A stretch of 64,000 nt of DNA from Podarcis bocagei (Eukaryota). The notes beneath the pieces were generated by a model. The model was not told the origin of the DNA. It saw nothing but the letters and a program-made list of their open reading frames with translations, and searched no databases. A program made the translations under genes and the position numbers. The stretch lies in assembly GCA_964188305.1 (NCBI GenBank), contig OZ076890.1, one strand, 5' to 3'. Below, one piece after another: positions 11,230 to 22,250 of the stretch; position 1 is the first letter of the stretch; every line of letters begins with the position of its first letter.

Positions 11230-12200
11230 GACCTTTGACTGATGGGATTCTGAAGAGTCTGCTCTGTCCCCTATATGCTCTTTAACAGCTACATAAAACT
11301 GCTGAGTGAGGTTATCTGGATATTTTGGCATATGTTACCAAACTCTGTCTCTCGTTCCCTTCATCGAAACCCAGAAAGGCAGCAGATAGCTGTTTTGGAA
11401 TCAATGTTGGTGAATGAAGTAAAACATAATAATCTTGGAAGTGAAGATCACCCTTGCGTGGTACTCCTTTTGAAGCAACAGGTTCACAGTTTGGGAGACT
11501 TAGAATCATAGAATTACAAAGTTGGAAGGGACTCTGAGGATCATTTTGTCCAGTCCCCTGCAGTGCAGGAATATGCAGCTGTCCCATACAGGGATTGAAT
11601 CTGCAACCTTGGCGTTATCAGCACCGCTCTCTAACCAACTGAGCTATCCAGGCTGATTCTTGATATACATGTGACCAGGAGTTCTTTCAACCAACTTCAT
11701 TTAGTACACTAATTGTATTTTTCTTGGGAGTAGTATAACCAGTCATTTCTAGATTGGCGTACTGTAATGAGCTCAATGTGGGGCTTCCTTGAAAGATGTT
11801 CTGGAAACTTCAGTTGATGCAGAATGCTGTGGCCCCAGCTGTTGTCTGAGTTTACTAAGACAGGTCATATTGTGCCAGTTTCGTACCAGCTCTGCTGGCT
11901 GCCAATTTGCTCCTGGGTTCAATTCAAGGTGCTGGTTTTGGACTTTCAGTACCTAAATGATTTAAAGCTGGAATATTCCAGGAATTGCTTCTTCCCACAT
12001 GAACTTGCTTGCCTGTCACTCAGCTTCTTGCTGTACCTCCACCTATAGAAATTCAGTTGGTGGAGATGAGACACAGCTTATTTTTAAATTACGGTGCTCA
12101 GATTATAGAATGACTTACAGTCTAGTGTGTCTTGCCCCTTCATTGCCCACTTTTAAGTGTGCCCTGGAAGTCAGTTTTATTCAGCGGGCTTTTTAAAAAA
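11230..12200 (+). mobile_element. Degenerate L2-clade LINE (RT and C-terminal remnants), interrupted by a SINE
   Basis: MLFNSYIKLLSEVI resembles LFNIYMKPLGEVI; HIVPVSYQLCWLPICSWVQFKVLVL; boundaries approximate. Confidence 0.75.
11501..11654 (-). mobile_element. tRNA-Ile-derived SINE with CR1-type tail
   Basis: Minus strand AGCCTGGATAGCTCAGTTGGTTAGA...CTGATAACGCCAAGG... followed by CCCTTCCAAC...ATTCTATGATTCTA. Confidence 0.85.
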
Positions 12201-13223
12201 TGAAATCCATTTGAGTGGTTTGTGCTTTTGCTGTTTGTGTTTTACTGCTGCTTTTATTGTTCTTATTATTGGTATCTGATTTTGTCCGTATTTTAGTGTT
12301 AAGTTGTAATTTTCCTTTATTGTATAGAATGATGGAATGTTAACATAAATAAAATAATAAATGAAACTATTTGGTATAAATGCTATTCTGCTTTTTGTCT
12401 GATGTATGGAAGGAACAAACTGGCCAAAGATGTTCATACAAATGGAGTAGATGGGAAGAATGCTACTCTGAAAACTGTTGATGAGAGAGAGTTTGGTGGG
12501 GAGTCCAAGACTTATGTTCACACTCCTGCTTACTGTGCACTCACTGTGTTTTCAGTGCTGCATTTTTTATCTCTGTTTTCACAATGTTATCCAAGATGCA
12601 TAAGTATCCTGTACTTTGTTAATAAAATCCTGCTGTTTGATGCATTCTTTCTCAAACCAGAAGCTTCAGCTGGTTCCTTTCTAGCCAAGGTGTGAACACC
12701 TTTGTACAGGGCAAAAACATTACCACCCACCAATGCCCCCTGGTGTGTATAGAAACAGAATTGAATCTGATGCTAATGAAGCTGTGCTGATGTGAACAGT
12801 TGGGTTAGTGGAGGTGGGGAAGAGCTGTGAAACACACCAGAAAAAACTTCACTGCACTTTCAAGTTGATAAGTGAACATCTCTTAAGTATTCAGGAAAAT
12901 AGCTGCAAAACAGTCATGGAAGCAAACAGACATCTGCAGTCCTGTAGACTGATATAGCAGAGTTATAGCAAAGTTGACTTAATGTTGATAGTGCTTGCAG
13001 GAATCCATCACTGCTTAGTTTGCTTTTACATTTGTACATTGGCCTTTTCGATGACAACATCTTCAGTATGACTAGTTTATAGAACTAGTTCATAAGTTAT
13101 CTTTGTATAATTGAGGAAGTGAAAATAGTATACCTTTTTGGGCTGCCTATGTTTTGCTTAAAACCATGTACATATTCCCCAAATTCCCCAAATACTACTT
13201 CTACAGTTAGCTAACTAGTGGCG

Positions 13224-13225
<2 letters not shown>

Positions 13226-13283
<58 letters not shown>

Positions 13284-13296
13284 AAGAAAGAGAGAG
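13226..13296. repeat. Compound microsatellite (GT)n(GA)n
   Basis: Directly visible. Confidence 0.95.
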
Positions 13297-15383
13297 ATTG
13301 AATTGGTTTAGAAACTATGAATGCATCTTCAGGAGCGTCTTAGTTAAAATGACATTGTAGCACCTTTTGAATTCCAGATGAGAGGAAAATTATAGAAACA
13401 TCATTTGAATTTAGGTATGTCTCTGGGTGTAAAATAATCATAATATTTACACTAAGCCTGCAATTTACATAGGGGTTATGTTCTAGGGATTGCACCTAAA
13501 GCCCAAATTGTGTAAAGTCCTTGGTATAGTGGTACAGTGGTGAGTGGGATTGCCAAAATCCTTTTCCTCCAGACACCCACCTGCATTCTGCCCTCTTTTA
13601 AAATTTATTTACTTATTTATTTTAACAAGCACATAAAGCTGAATGCATTTAACTTAAATGTGTGTAAGCTGCAGGCTTACTGTAGATACCCTCAAAGCAC
13701 ATACCTGCTTAGCTGTCACTCATTTTCAGGGGAGTCAGGAAATATCACCTTGTGGCACGTTTCATGTTCCATGTATCTTCAATTAGAACTGCAACATTGT
13801 AATTAATCTTGGTATGCATGTTCAGGACAACGTTCTGCACCTGAGGTTTGAAAATCAGATTGACTTGTACATCCATTTTTTCCTAAACTCCAGAAGCACA
13901 ATAGATTCTATTGTGGCATCTGAAATGAGGCCTCTTGAACACAGTTCTTTAGTGTATTTGGATTTAATGAGAGTAGTTTGGTATACATGATAATTTTCCA
14001 ACTAAGCCATGGTGTCAGTTCATTGAAATCAGTGGGCATGGGAAATGCGTCTATTCTGACTAAAATTGATGTACTTTAATGTGTTAGGGTTTTAGAATTG
14101 TTTCACATGCACAGTATTTTGAGTGTGCTTAATATATGTCTAAAATCAGAATGGATAGATGTATTGCATTCTACCATCTAAATTCTCTGGCTATATTTCT
14201 TCCTAATTTTAAAGGTTTGAGCATATTACTTCAGAAGTATTTAAGTCTTCTGCCCTCCCTTAAATACCTTCTTGATCTTTGAGAATTGATCCTATTTCTA
14301 CCTGAGACTCGCAATTATTTTTAGTCTCATCTAAAGAACATGCTGTTAAATGTCATCTTAACTTCTTCATTAGTAGTTTGTTCCTCTAGTCTGTCTCAGA
14401 CAACTGCTATGAGGGGAAAACATCTATGATGCAGATGCCTGATTGTAGATAACCGTATAAATATTATTAAATATTATGCATTTAATAAAATAAATAGAAT
14501 ACCAGCCCCCTTTTCATTGCTAATTATTAAAAATGGCAGATGCTTCCTGAGCAATTTTTTTTGTCCTTTTAAAAGATTAGCTAAGTATCCTTAAACTATG
14601 CCAAAGTCTAACTCTTTGAGATACTTCCTCTAGAACATGTACTCCAAAAATAATTCTAAATTGTAGGCAAACTTTCTTTGGCCATTAGCTGTAGCCCCCA
14701 CCTTTTACAGAAAATCTGTTTGACAATTGTTCCTGTGAATAAGATAAGAATGAATTAGGGAATCTAAGCCTGCTTAAATAATTCTCAAGATTTTCTGGTT
14801 CACGTGTAGTGATATTGAACTCTTTAGTCATAGGCTTTAATTTGTTCATGGTGCTGACCTGATGCTGTGCAGGGACACTCACTGCATCCCTTCATTCAAT
14901 TCAGTCTAATTATCACCAACTTCCTGGGGAGCCTGCTTAGATGGAACTGGCCGTGAATGTTTGTTGTTAAGTAGTACGATATTAAGCTACCCTGGTTACA
15001 TTTAACAAAGTAGTTTTAGGCTTTGAATTTACATATAGATTATCAGCGTAGCCACATTCAGGTTTGCATTTCTTTGTATTATTTGTCAAAAGCCAAACCA
15101 CACTTGGCATAAAATGAAATTTAACTTCACGAGCCCTTGAATGTACCAACGAGCCCTTGTGTTCATTATACAGTATATATCCTCCTTCCCCTCCCTTTTC
15201 TCTTTTGTTTTGTGTCTGTGTGTCTGTGTGTCTGTGTTTATACTGTGTGCGATATATTTGAGCATACCTGTCTGCACGATGTGAATTATCTTTTTCATTT
15301 CCTAAAACAATAGTTAAAGGAGGTGGTAGTAAATGTATTTGCTGGCGCATATGTGTTAAAATGTGGACATTTTGTCTTTCCAG

Positions 15384-15497
15384 GTCCATGTGAAAATGGC
15401 GGATGAAGCAGTCTGTGTTGGCCCAGCTCCCACTAGTAAAAGCTACCTCAACATGGATGCTATCATGGAAGCCATTAAAAAAACCCGGGCCCAAGCT
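15384..15497 (+). CDS. PCCA: PCCA coding exon (human exon 5 equivalent), [38 protein letters not shown]
   Basis: tttccag acceptor and gtgagt donor; 114 nt, phase 0/0; peptide matches recalled vertebrate PCCA. Confidence 0.98.
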
Positions 15498-17407
15498 GTG
15501 AGTCTGAATGAGTCTCTCCTCTGCAGCTGTTTCATATATAGAAAGCAGAGAAGCTAGAGTTTGTATTTAAAGATAAAAAAAAGAAGCGAGGGGGAGAATG
15601 ATTGAATATGCTATTCCAGTTTAGTTCATGTCACATGAGTTAAATGTGGCCGAAATCGCTACTGGAAATCAAAGGCTTTTGTAGCATCTGGCAGTGCCGG
15701 TTGCTGATCCTGCAGGTGGCTGCTGGATTCAGCTTTCACACCAGGGAGCAGCTTCAGTTCATTTCCAAATTTGCTGGGGGTGGGGGTGGGAATCCCAATT
15801 AGTTTAGAGCACTAACCCTTTCTGTGCCGTAGCCTCTCTTTCTGGATGTCTTTTTTTATAAGACAGCAGTAATCTTGCTTAGTTTTATTTTATTATTTGG
15901 CCTGTGTGAGAATTTTTATCCACATGGTGAATATGATAAATGGTGCACTGAGTAATTATTTTTTAGTGTTTCATGTTGCTGACAAAACATGATCGACTAG
16001 GTGTGCAGCCTGTTTTCTTCTCTTCCCTCTGCCCCTCTATCCTTCAATAAGGTCAAAGAGTCAAAGTTTAACAAGAATGGTTGGCATTTTAAAAAAATGA
16101 TGACAATAATACTTTTTTCCTTGTTGCATCGGTGAATGCAAATGTGGTCTTCAGAACTGCTGAATGCGAAAGCATCTTTAAATAAAATTCGCTGGATGGG
16201 AGTCGGACAACACCAGCAATTACCCTGGAGTGTCTCAATTAGCATTATCATTTCTTTTGAAATGAATGTTTCAGTATGGTGCATTTGGAAAGGGGGAGGG
16301 AGGAGGAAAATGGCAAACAACATTAATTAGCTAACAGACACTGCAGATGTTTACATTGTTAGTTAAGAAGATTTAATAGAGATAGAAATAGTTCAGGCTT
16401 TCATCTTTAGCCTGCCACCTAGATTTCCTTAGCTACGCATTTACGAAAGATTACAAATTATGAAACTGAAGGTGTTCCCACTTTAATGTGTTCTGTAATT
16501 ACTCTATGTACCATGTGGTTGCATTATTTTGATACTGAGGCATTTTGTAAAAAAGGTTTCTACAACTCATTTGTGGTCTACTGGTTATTTTTTTTTAATA
16601 AAAAAATACTATATTCTGTGTTTGAAGTGGGATTTGTAGCAGAGCTGCTAACATTGAATACTGGCACTGTGGTTAACTTGAGGGCCAGAAAAATGTTTTT
16701 GAGAGAAGAGCTTGGAAGGTTAGAGAAATGTGAAAGGGTATGGAGAGAGGCGCTTACACACAGAGAAATGTAATAAGGAAGAGCTTCTAGAATCCTCTGG
16801 TGGGAATAGAAATGAAAATAAGTCAGAATGACCGTATCTGTGTAGCTGTCAGGCCTGGGTTTCTCACCCAGGTTGATACCTGTTAGATACTTTGGAAGGT
16901 GGTGCATAGATACCATGTTTTTAGCACTTGTATGTGAAATGTTAGCATGCCAGAAAATTGTGGCCTAGGAGCATATGATAACATTGCAGCCACCGGTGAT
17001 CTAGTTTATATGTGATTGTGAACATAGGGAACTCTGAACTGATAAACCATTGTTTTTTCTTTGTCTTGTTTAAAAACAAATACGCTGTACATTTAAATTA
17101 GGACTGAGAGTTGAGGAGTGCATGAAGTGGCTTATGCTGCGGTTTAGAGTAAGCTATGGATTTCCAGAGTTCGTCATATGATGGAGAATGGACTTATTCT
17201 AGCTCAGAAACTTTATTTCCTCACTAGCAAAACGGGTTCCAACAAAATGACTGCCATAAGGGGTGTTTTCTGCCGTATCTACTCATCTAGTATAAAGTAC
17301 AAGTAAACTTGCTGCTTTAAATTGTAATTACTGATGAGATGCTGTCAGCATCAAGCTTTCAGTTGTCTAAAGCAATGAAACCTACTCTTGGCTTTTATTT
17401 TTAAAAG

Positions 17408-17461
17408 GTCCATCCAGGATATGGATTCCTATCTGAAAACAAAGAATTTTCTGGCCGTCTG
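17408..17461 (+). CDS. PCCA: PCCA coding exon (exon 6 equivalent), VHPGYGFLSENKEFSGRL
   Basis: T-rich tract + aag acceptor, gtaagt donor; 54 nt; biotin carboxylase HPGYGFLSEN motif. Confidence 0.97.
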
Positions 17462-18685
17462 GTAAGTTTTTTAATGATGCATGTGTCTGAGCATGGTGTG
17501 GTGTATTGCTGTATATTGCCGCAGCCTTTGAAATAATTAATCAGCATGGTTAATGTATTAAAGTTTTAATCACAGATTAAAATTAATGCCATCAATGAAA
17601 ACTCCCTTTCCCCATCTTGAAGACCCTGCTCCTTTGTAGGCTACCATCTCTGCCTTCCATTTTCCTTATTTGATAGAAAGAAGCTTAGATTTTTTCCTTG
17701 CGGTGTATCTGAAACTGTGCCTGGATAACTTGACATTTGGGATGAAACTTTTGTAGCATACTCTCTAACAATGAAAACCAATGGAAACATGCATCAGTTA
17801 ATCCTTTTAACCTTTTCATTCAGTACTCATGGGCTGGTCTTGTTTGTTTCTTTGAAGCCACTTTGTCCCTTGTGGGTACTGCATATTTCTGTAAGGCAAC
17901 TGTTCTGAAATGTAAGCTATGAAATATGGACATCAGTGAATGACATTTATTTATTCACTTTGTTTCCTATTTGAAAAAGTGAAGAGAGTGCTTCCCTTAA
18001 AGAGCCTCATGGTAATACCCTCTATGGGCTTCTGGCTTCTGTTGTGCCTTAAATTTTATCACTTGCCTGTGTATTAATTGTGATTTTCAGTTATTCCTAT
18101 CTGCCTTGAAGAATTTTGTTCAGAAGCAACCCACAAATATTAAATGAATCTTGTACTTTGTACACATTGGATATTGTACACACTGATAGATTACTTAAGA
18201 GCCATAAATTACTTAATTTTTCAGCAGGCAATCCTTTTAGGAAGCCGTTTTTTTTAAAAAAAGCATCATTGTTGTAGCATGTATTGTATTAAATCACACT
18301 GTAATATCTGCAGATTACCAAAGATGTGTAATGTCTGCAAGTAGATCAAATTATCAAAATCCCACTGGTCTCACTAATTATGCTGGGATCCAATAGGCCT
18401 TTTTTTGGTTTCCCTTCTCACCTATCACCTCTTCCCTCAACTGCACTTGAAGGAAGGTCTTGGAGTGGGATTTGATGATCTACTAAGGACTGCAGTTGAC
18501 AAGTTGAGTCGTGTCAGGGGAAAAAAGTGGGATATAAATATATAATAAGAGTAAGTGAAAATTACTACCCCTCACTGCATATGCAGAAGAGTTTTCTGCT
18601 TACATATGGAGGAACTATTTGAATTCCAGTTGCTAACTGATGTGTGGGGATGTTGTAGTGTGGAAAGGGGGGGAAGATACTTGTA

Positions 18686-18927
18686 CAGTGGTACCTCAGG
18701 TTACATACACTTCAGGTTACATACGCTTCAGGTTACAGACTCCGCTAACCCAGAAATAGTGCTTCAGGTTAAGAACTTTGCTTCAGGATGAGAACAGAAA
18801 TCGTGCTCTGGCGGCGCGGCAGCAGCAGGAGACCCCATTAGCTAAAGTGGTGCTTCAGGTTAAGAACAGTTTCAGGTTAAGAACTCACCTCCGGAACGAA
18901 TTAAGTACTTAACCTGAGGTACCACTG
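18686..18927 (+). mobile_element. pogo/Tigger-like MITE, family B (242 bp)
   Basis: TA flanks; cagtggtacctcaggtta / taacctgaggtaccactg; 16-bp ggttacatacgcttca repeats. Confidence 0.92.
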
Positions 18928-19483
18928 TATACAAATGAAAAGGCACATAGCCCATTTTGGAAGCATTGATTTTAAATCAGGTTTCCAGTTTCGCAATTCA
19001 TGCTTTTCTTGTACAAGTGTGCCTACTAGTCAGTTGTTCTAACAAGGAAAGCATATTTGTCTGTAACTAAATAAAGCATTTACAGCAATATTATTTGGGA
19101 GTGTAATTCAAAACCTCTTGTCGTGAAGCCCACATGCCTTATGTAGTTTACAGTTGCTTACCCTTGTCTCTAAGAGATAACGGAATAGCAACAACAACAA
19201 AATAAGCTAAGCACTGGTGAGTTCATGCACACACCCTCCATGCCCCCGTGACTCATAATTTTTTACTCTAATTCAGTTCATTCAAATGCACATAAAATAC
19301 ACATTGTGTCTGTTGTTAAACCAGCACAGCCAGATGCTGCGCTGGTTGCGGTCCATGGTGGAGACGGTGGGGCTCTCAGGCCTACCGCCAGTGATATGTT
19401 GACTGCTGACTCTGGGTGGGCTGCCCAAGAGCCGTTGATGAGCAACTTGCCCATGTTACTCTTGATGATCAAGGGGTCCATTT

Positions 19484-19658
19484 CCACTTGAGGAAGCCTG
19501 AGATCAGCCTGGCCCTCTGGAGTGGCGAGTCGTGGCTGCACTCGGTGTAGAGGCCGAGCAGGCGTTCCAGCAGTGCCGCCACACCCAGGCCTCTCTCACT
19601 GCGGCGGTTCGGCTAAAAGCAGCTGCTCCAGGTTCTTCAGCTGCACTTTGGCTGGCAT
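19484..19658 (-). pseudogene. CDC42BPB: Frameshifted copy of CDC42BPB (MRCK-beta) first coding exon
   Basis: GCCACC-ATG; MPAKVQLKNLEQLLLAEP / frameshift near 19604 / RSERGLGVAALLERLLGLYTECSHDSPLQRARLISGFLKW versus recalled human [58 protein letters not shown]. Confidence 0.85.
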
Positions 19659-19850
19659 GGTGGCAGAGGAGGAGCAAGTGGGGTGGCTAGTTGAGTCCAC
19701 CAGGAAGAAGGGAAAGGCCATGATAAAGATGGTGAGGGAGCAGAATCCCGGTGGGCCTGGATGACTTGGAGCTGCACCTCTCGGCCTGTAGGCCATTGCC
19801 AATGTGTGAAGTATGAGTAGAAAATCAAGTAGAATTTCATTAGGTTCTAT

Positions 19851-20164
19851 AAAGGTAAAGGGACCCCTGACCATTAGGTCCAGCCGTGTCCGACTCTGGG
19901 GTTGCAGCGCTCATCTCGCTTTACTGGCTGAGGGAGCCGGCGTACAGCTTCCGGGTCATGTGGCCAGCATGACTAAGCCGCTTCTGGTGAACCAGAGCAG
20001 CGCATGGAAATGCTGTTTACCTTCCCGCCGGAGCGGTACCTATTTATCTACTTGCACTTTCGAACTGCTAGGTTGGCAGGAGCAGGGACCGAGCAACAGG
20101 AGCTCACCCTGTTGCGGGGATTCGAACCACCGACCTTCTGATTGGCAAGTCCTAGGCTCTGTGG
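19851..20164 (-). mobile_element. Sauria SINE, slightly 5'-truncated
   Basis: Near-identical to 10188-10530; lacks the first ~25 nt of the head. Confidence 0.92.
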
Positions 20165-20297
20165 GGGCATATATATTATAAATGATAATTTTTTAAAAGA
20201 TCTGTGTCATTTTAACGTGCCTGTCTTGTTGAAATGGAAGGTGCCATGTACTGAGTATGGTTATTTCTTTCTGTGTTGTGGCACTCTCTTAGGCATG

Positions 20298-20301
<4 letters not shown>

Positions 20302-20385
<84 letters not shown>
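20302..20385. repeat. Compound microsatellite (CT)n(CA)n(GA)n
   Basis: Directly visible. Confidence 0.95.
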
Positions 20386-21280
20386 TGACACTTGTGCTGT
20401 GTCATGTGACATTCAGTGCAGAGGCATTTTGCAGTAGCTCTGCTTATACTTGCTGGGAGAATAATTGTTTATTTCCTAGTGACAAAATGCTGTGTTTCTG
20501 GTAACTGGGAAAATGCAGTATCTTTACAACAGCAGCACCAGCCTGTGAGAAGGTATCTGAATCCTGTGCAAGAGCGAAAGAGAGAACTGCACATCTATTG
20601 TGTGGAAAGGCTGTAAAATAGATTTTTTAAAATGATGTACAAAGGTAGCTTTAAAAAAATGTATGGTTAGACCCAGCTTATGTGTTAGCATGTATGATTA
20701 GCTATACTGAGCTGTTACCTGTTGGCTTCAGGCTTTTCAGGGCACAGCTGGTGAAGGGTACGACCCTAGATGTAGATTTTCCAGCCTAAAAATGCCCCAA
20801 AACGTTTGTGTGACTTTATTATCTTTTGTCCTGTCCTGTAGTATTGTACTGTTTTTGCTTTCTTTTCAAAACCTTTCTGTTCCCTTGATCTTACAATTTT
20901 CTTGCCAGTTCCCTCTCCTGTCCTAGGTTCCAGTATTTCCCTCCTGTTTTCCTGTTCCGCTAATCTCAATATTTATCTCCCATGCTCCACTTCTGTTTCT
21001 CTGAGCCTGCCTTGATGTGACTTCATCTTGGGGGTGTTCTTTCCATCTCTTTACAAAGGTTACCTCCAACTCCAGTTTGTGGTTTTGCTCTAATTTCCAA
21101 GTTATCTTGCCCATTTCTTTCAGCAAGATGGCTGTGAAAGTTGAGGGGGAAATTCCAGATGGCAGACAAGCTGCTTACCCCTCCTATCCCTCACTGAAGA
21201 GGACCACAACACTCCGCTGTGGCCTCACTTCATAGTCTTTTGAAAGTCCCCGCAACAGTACTTTGCAAACGATGAATAAT

Positions 21281-21341
21281 AAAAAGGTAAAGGTAAAGGA
21301 CTCCTGGATGGTTAAGTCCAGTCAAAGATGAATGGGGTTGC
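21281..21341 (-). mobile_element. Sauria SINE 3'-end fragment
   Basis: aaaggtaaaggtaaaggac...gttaagtccagtc...ggggttgc. Confidence 0.65.
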
Positions 21342-21489
21342 AAAATTTATTGTTGTAGGTATGTTTATATCGCTATTGAATTATATTCCCAGTGTGTCTT
21401 TCAAAAAAGGAATTAAAAAAATTAAACTTTAAATACACACAGTAATCTAAAAGCCTCTGAATAATAAAAGCAGTCAGCAGAAGCCAAAT

Positions 21490-22250
21490 TTATTTTAAAA
21501 ACTGGAGAAAATAAAGTATTTGCCTAATATATAAAGGCATGTTTGTCTTTTGAGGCAGACGGATGCTAACAACTGAGTAACTTTGGACCCAAGTACCAAA
21601 AATGATTGCCTGTTTATGGAGATCCCCCCTGAGTGAAATCTCTCCTAGGTGAACCCCAGCTGTCCCCCACACTACTATAGTGTTGAGGTGCAATCTGATT
21701 ATTTGCTCAGGGTTCTGGCATATAGGGTGTATAATCACTATTATGCTGTCCTGTGTTCACAATGTGGATAACATGTTAAAAAATGTTTTATGGTTGAATT
21801 CATGTTTTACGATGTTAGCTCACCTTCTGGTGGAAAGGCAGGCTATACAACTATTGAAATAAATGTGCCAATACAACAATAAAGTAGGCATCCAATGAAC
21901 CTCTTTGAGGAGACCATTCCATAACTGGCTAGCCATCCACCTCACCTCAGATGGTAAGTATGACTTCCAAAGAATATGTTAATTTATGGGTAGGTACGTA
22001 TGGAGCTGGTTGTTCTTTTAAGTTTCCCGATTGTAAGATGCGAAGGGCTTTAATAATGAAAACCAGCACTTTGTGTTGGGCCCAGAAATGGATTTGAAGC
22101 CAGTGCAGTATGCATACTATCATTGCATACTAACTACTGATTTTACTGACTGCAATTTCCAGTCTTCAAAAACATTCCCATGTGTAGTGCATTAGAGTAG
22201 CCTAACCTGGAGGTTACTAGAACATGGATGACCTAAGGCAGACTATCTGG
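21490..22250 (-). mobile_element. Old L2-clade LINE 3' fragments
   Basis: aaaccagcactttg...tgggcccagaaa...gccagtgcag and acctggaggttactag are the reverse complements of the L2 motifs at 2.2-2.5 kb; boundaries approximate. Confidence 0.6.

Noticed and set aside
10840-11331. 163-aa minus-strand ORF
   Set aside because: No recognisable homology or splice context; partly overlaps an L2 remnant in antisense
11580-11654. Functional tRNA-Ile gene
   Set aside because: Degenerate T-arm and acceptor stem, fused to a CR1-type tail; it is a SINE head
1-15383. PCCA exons 1-4 or promoter
   Set aside because: No ILxANRGEIA or KMGIKTVA coding segment was found and the GC-rich patches are TE cores; these exons presumably lie upstream of the window
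19380-19483. Weak resemblance of the unidentified peptide to ADAMTS-like spacer or LRRC8 loop sequences
   Set aside because: Only a few scattered identities from memory; not supportable without a search
19299-19807. 8-bp inverted repeat acacattg / caatgtgt flanking the pseudogene island as TIRs
   Set aside because: Too short, does not extend, no TSD; compatible with chance
19300-20165. CDC42BPB fragment delivered as a 3' transduction of the adjacent Sauria SINE
   Set aside because: No TSD encloses both; the SINE looks younger and its truncated end resembles the local target (taggttctat / taggctctgt), consistent with independent insertion
20760-21130. Purine-rich minus-strand ORFs, possibly an L1 ORF1 remnant
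   Set aside because: Composition is suggestive but no recognisable motif; not called
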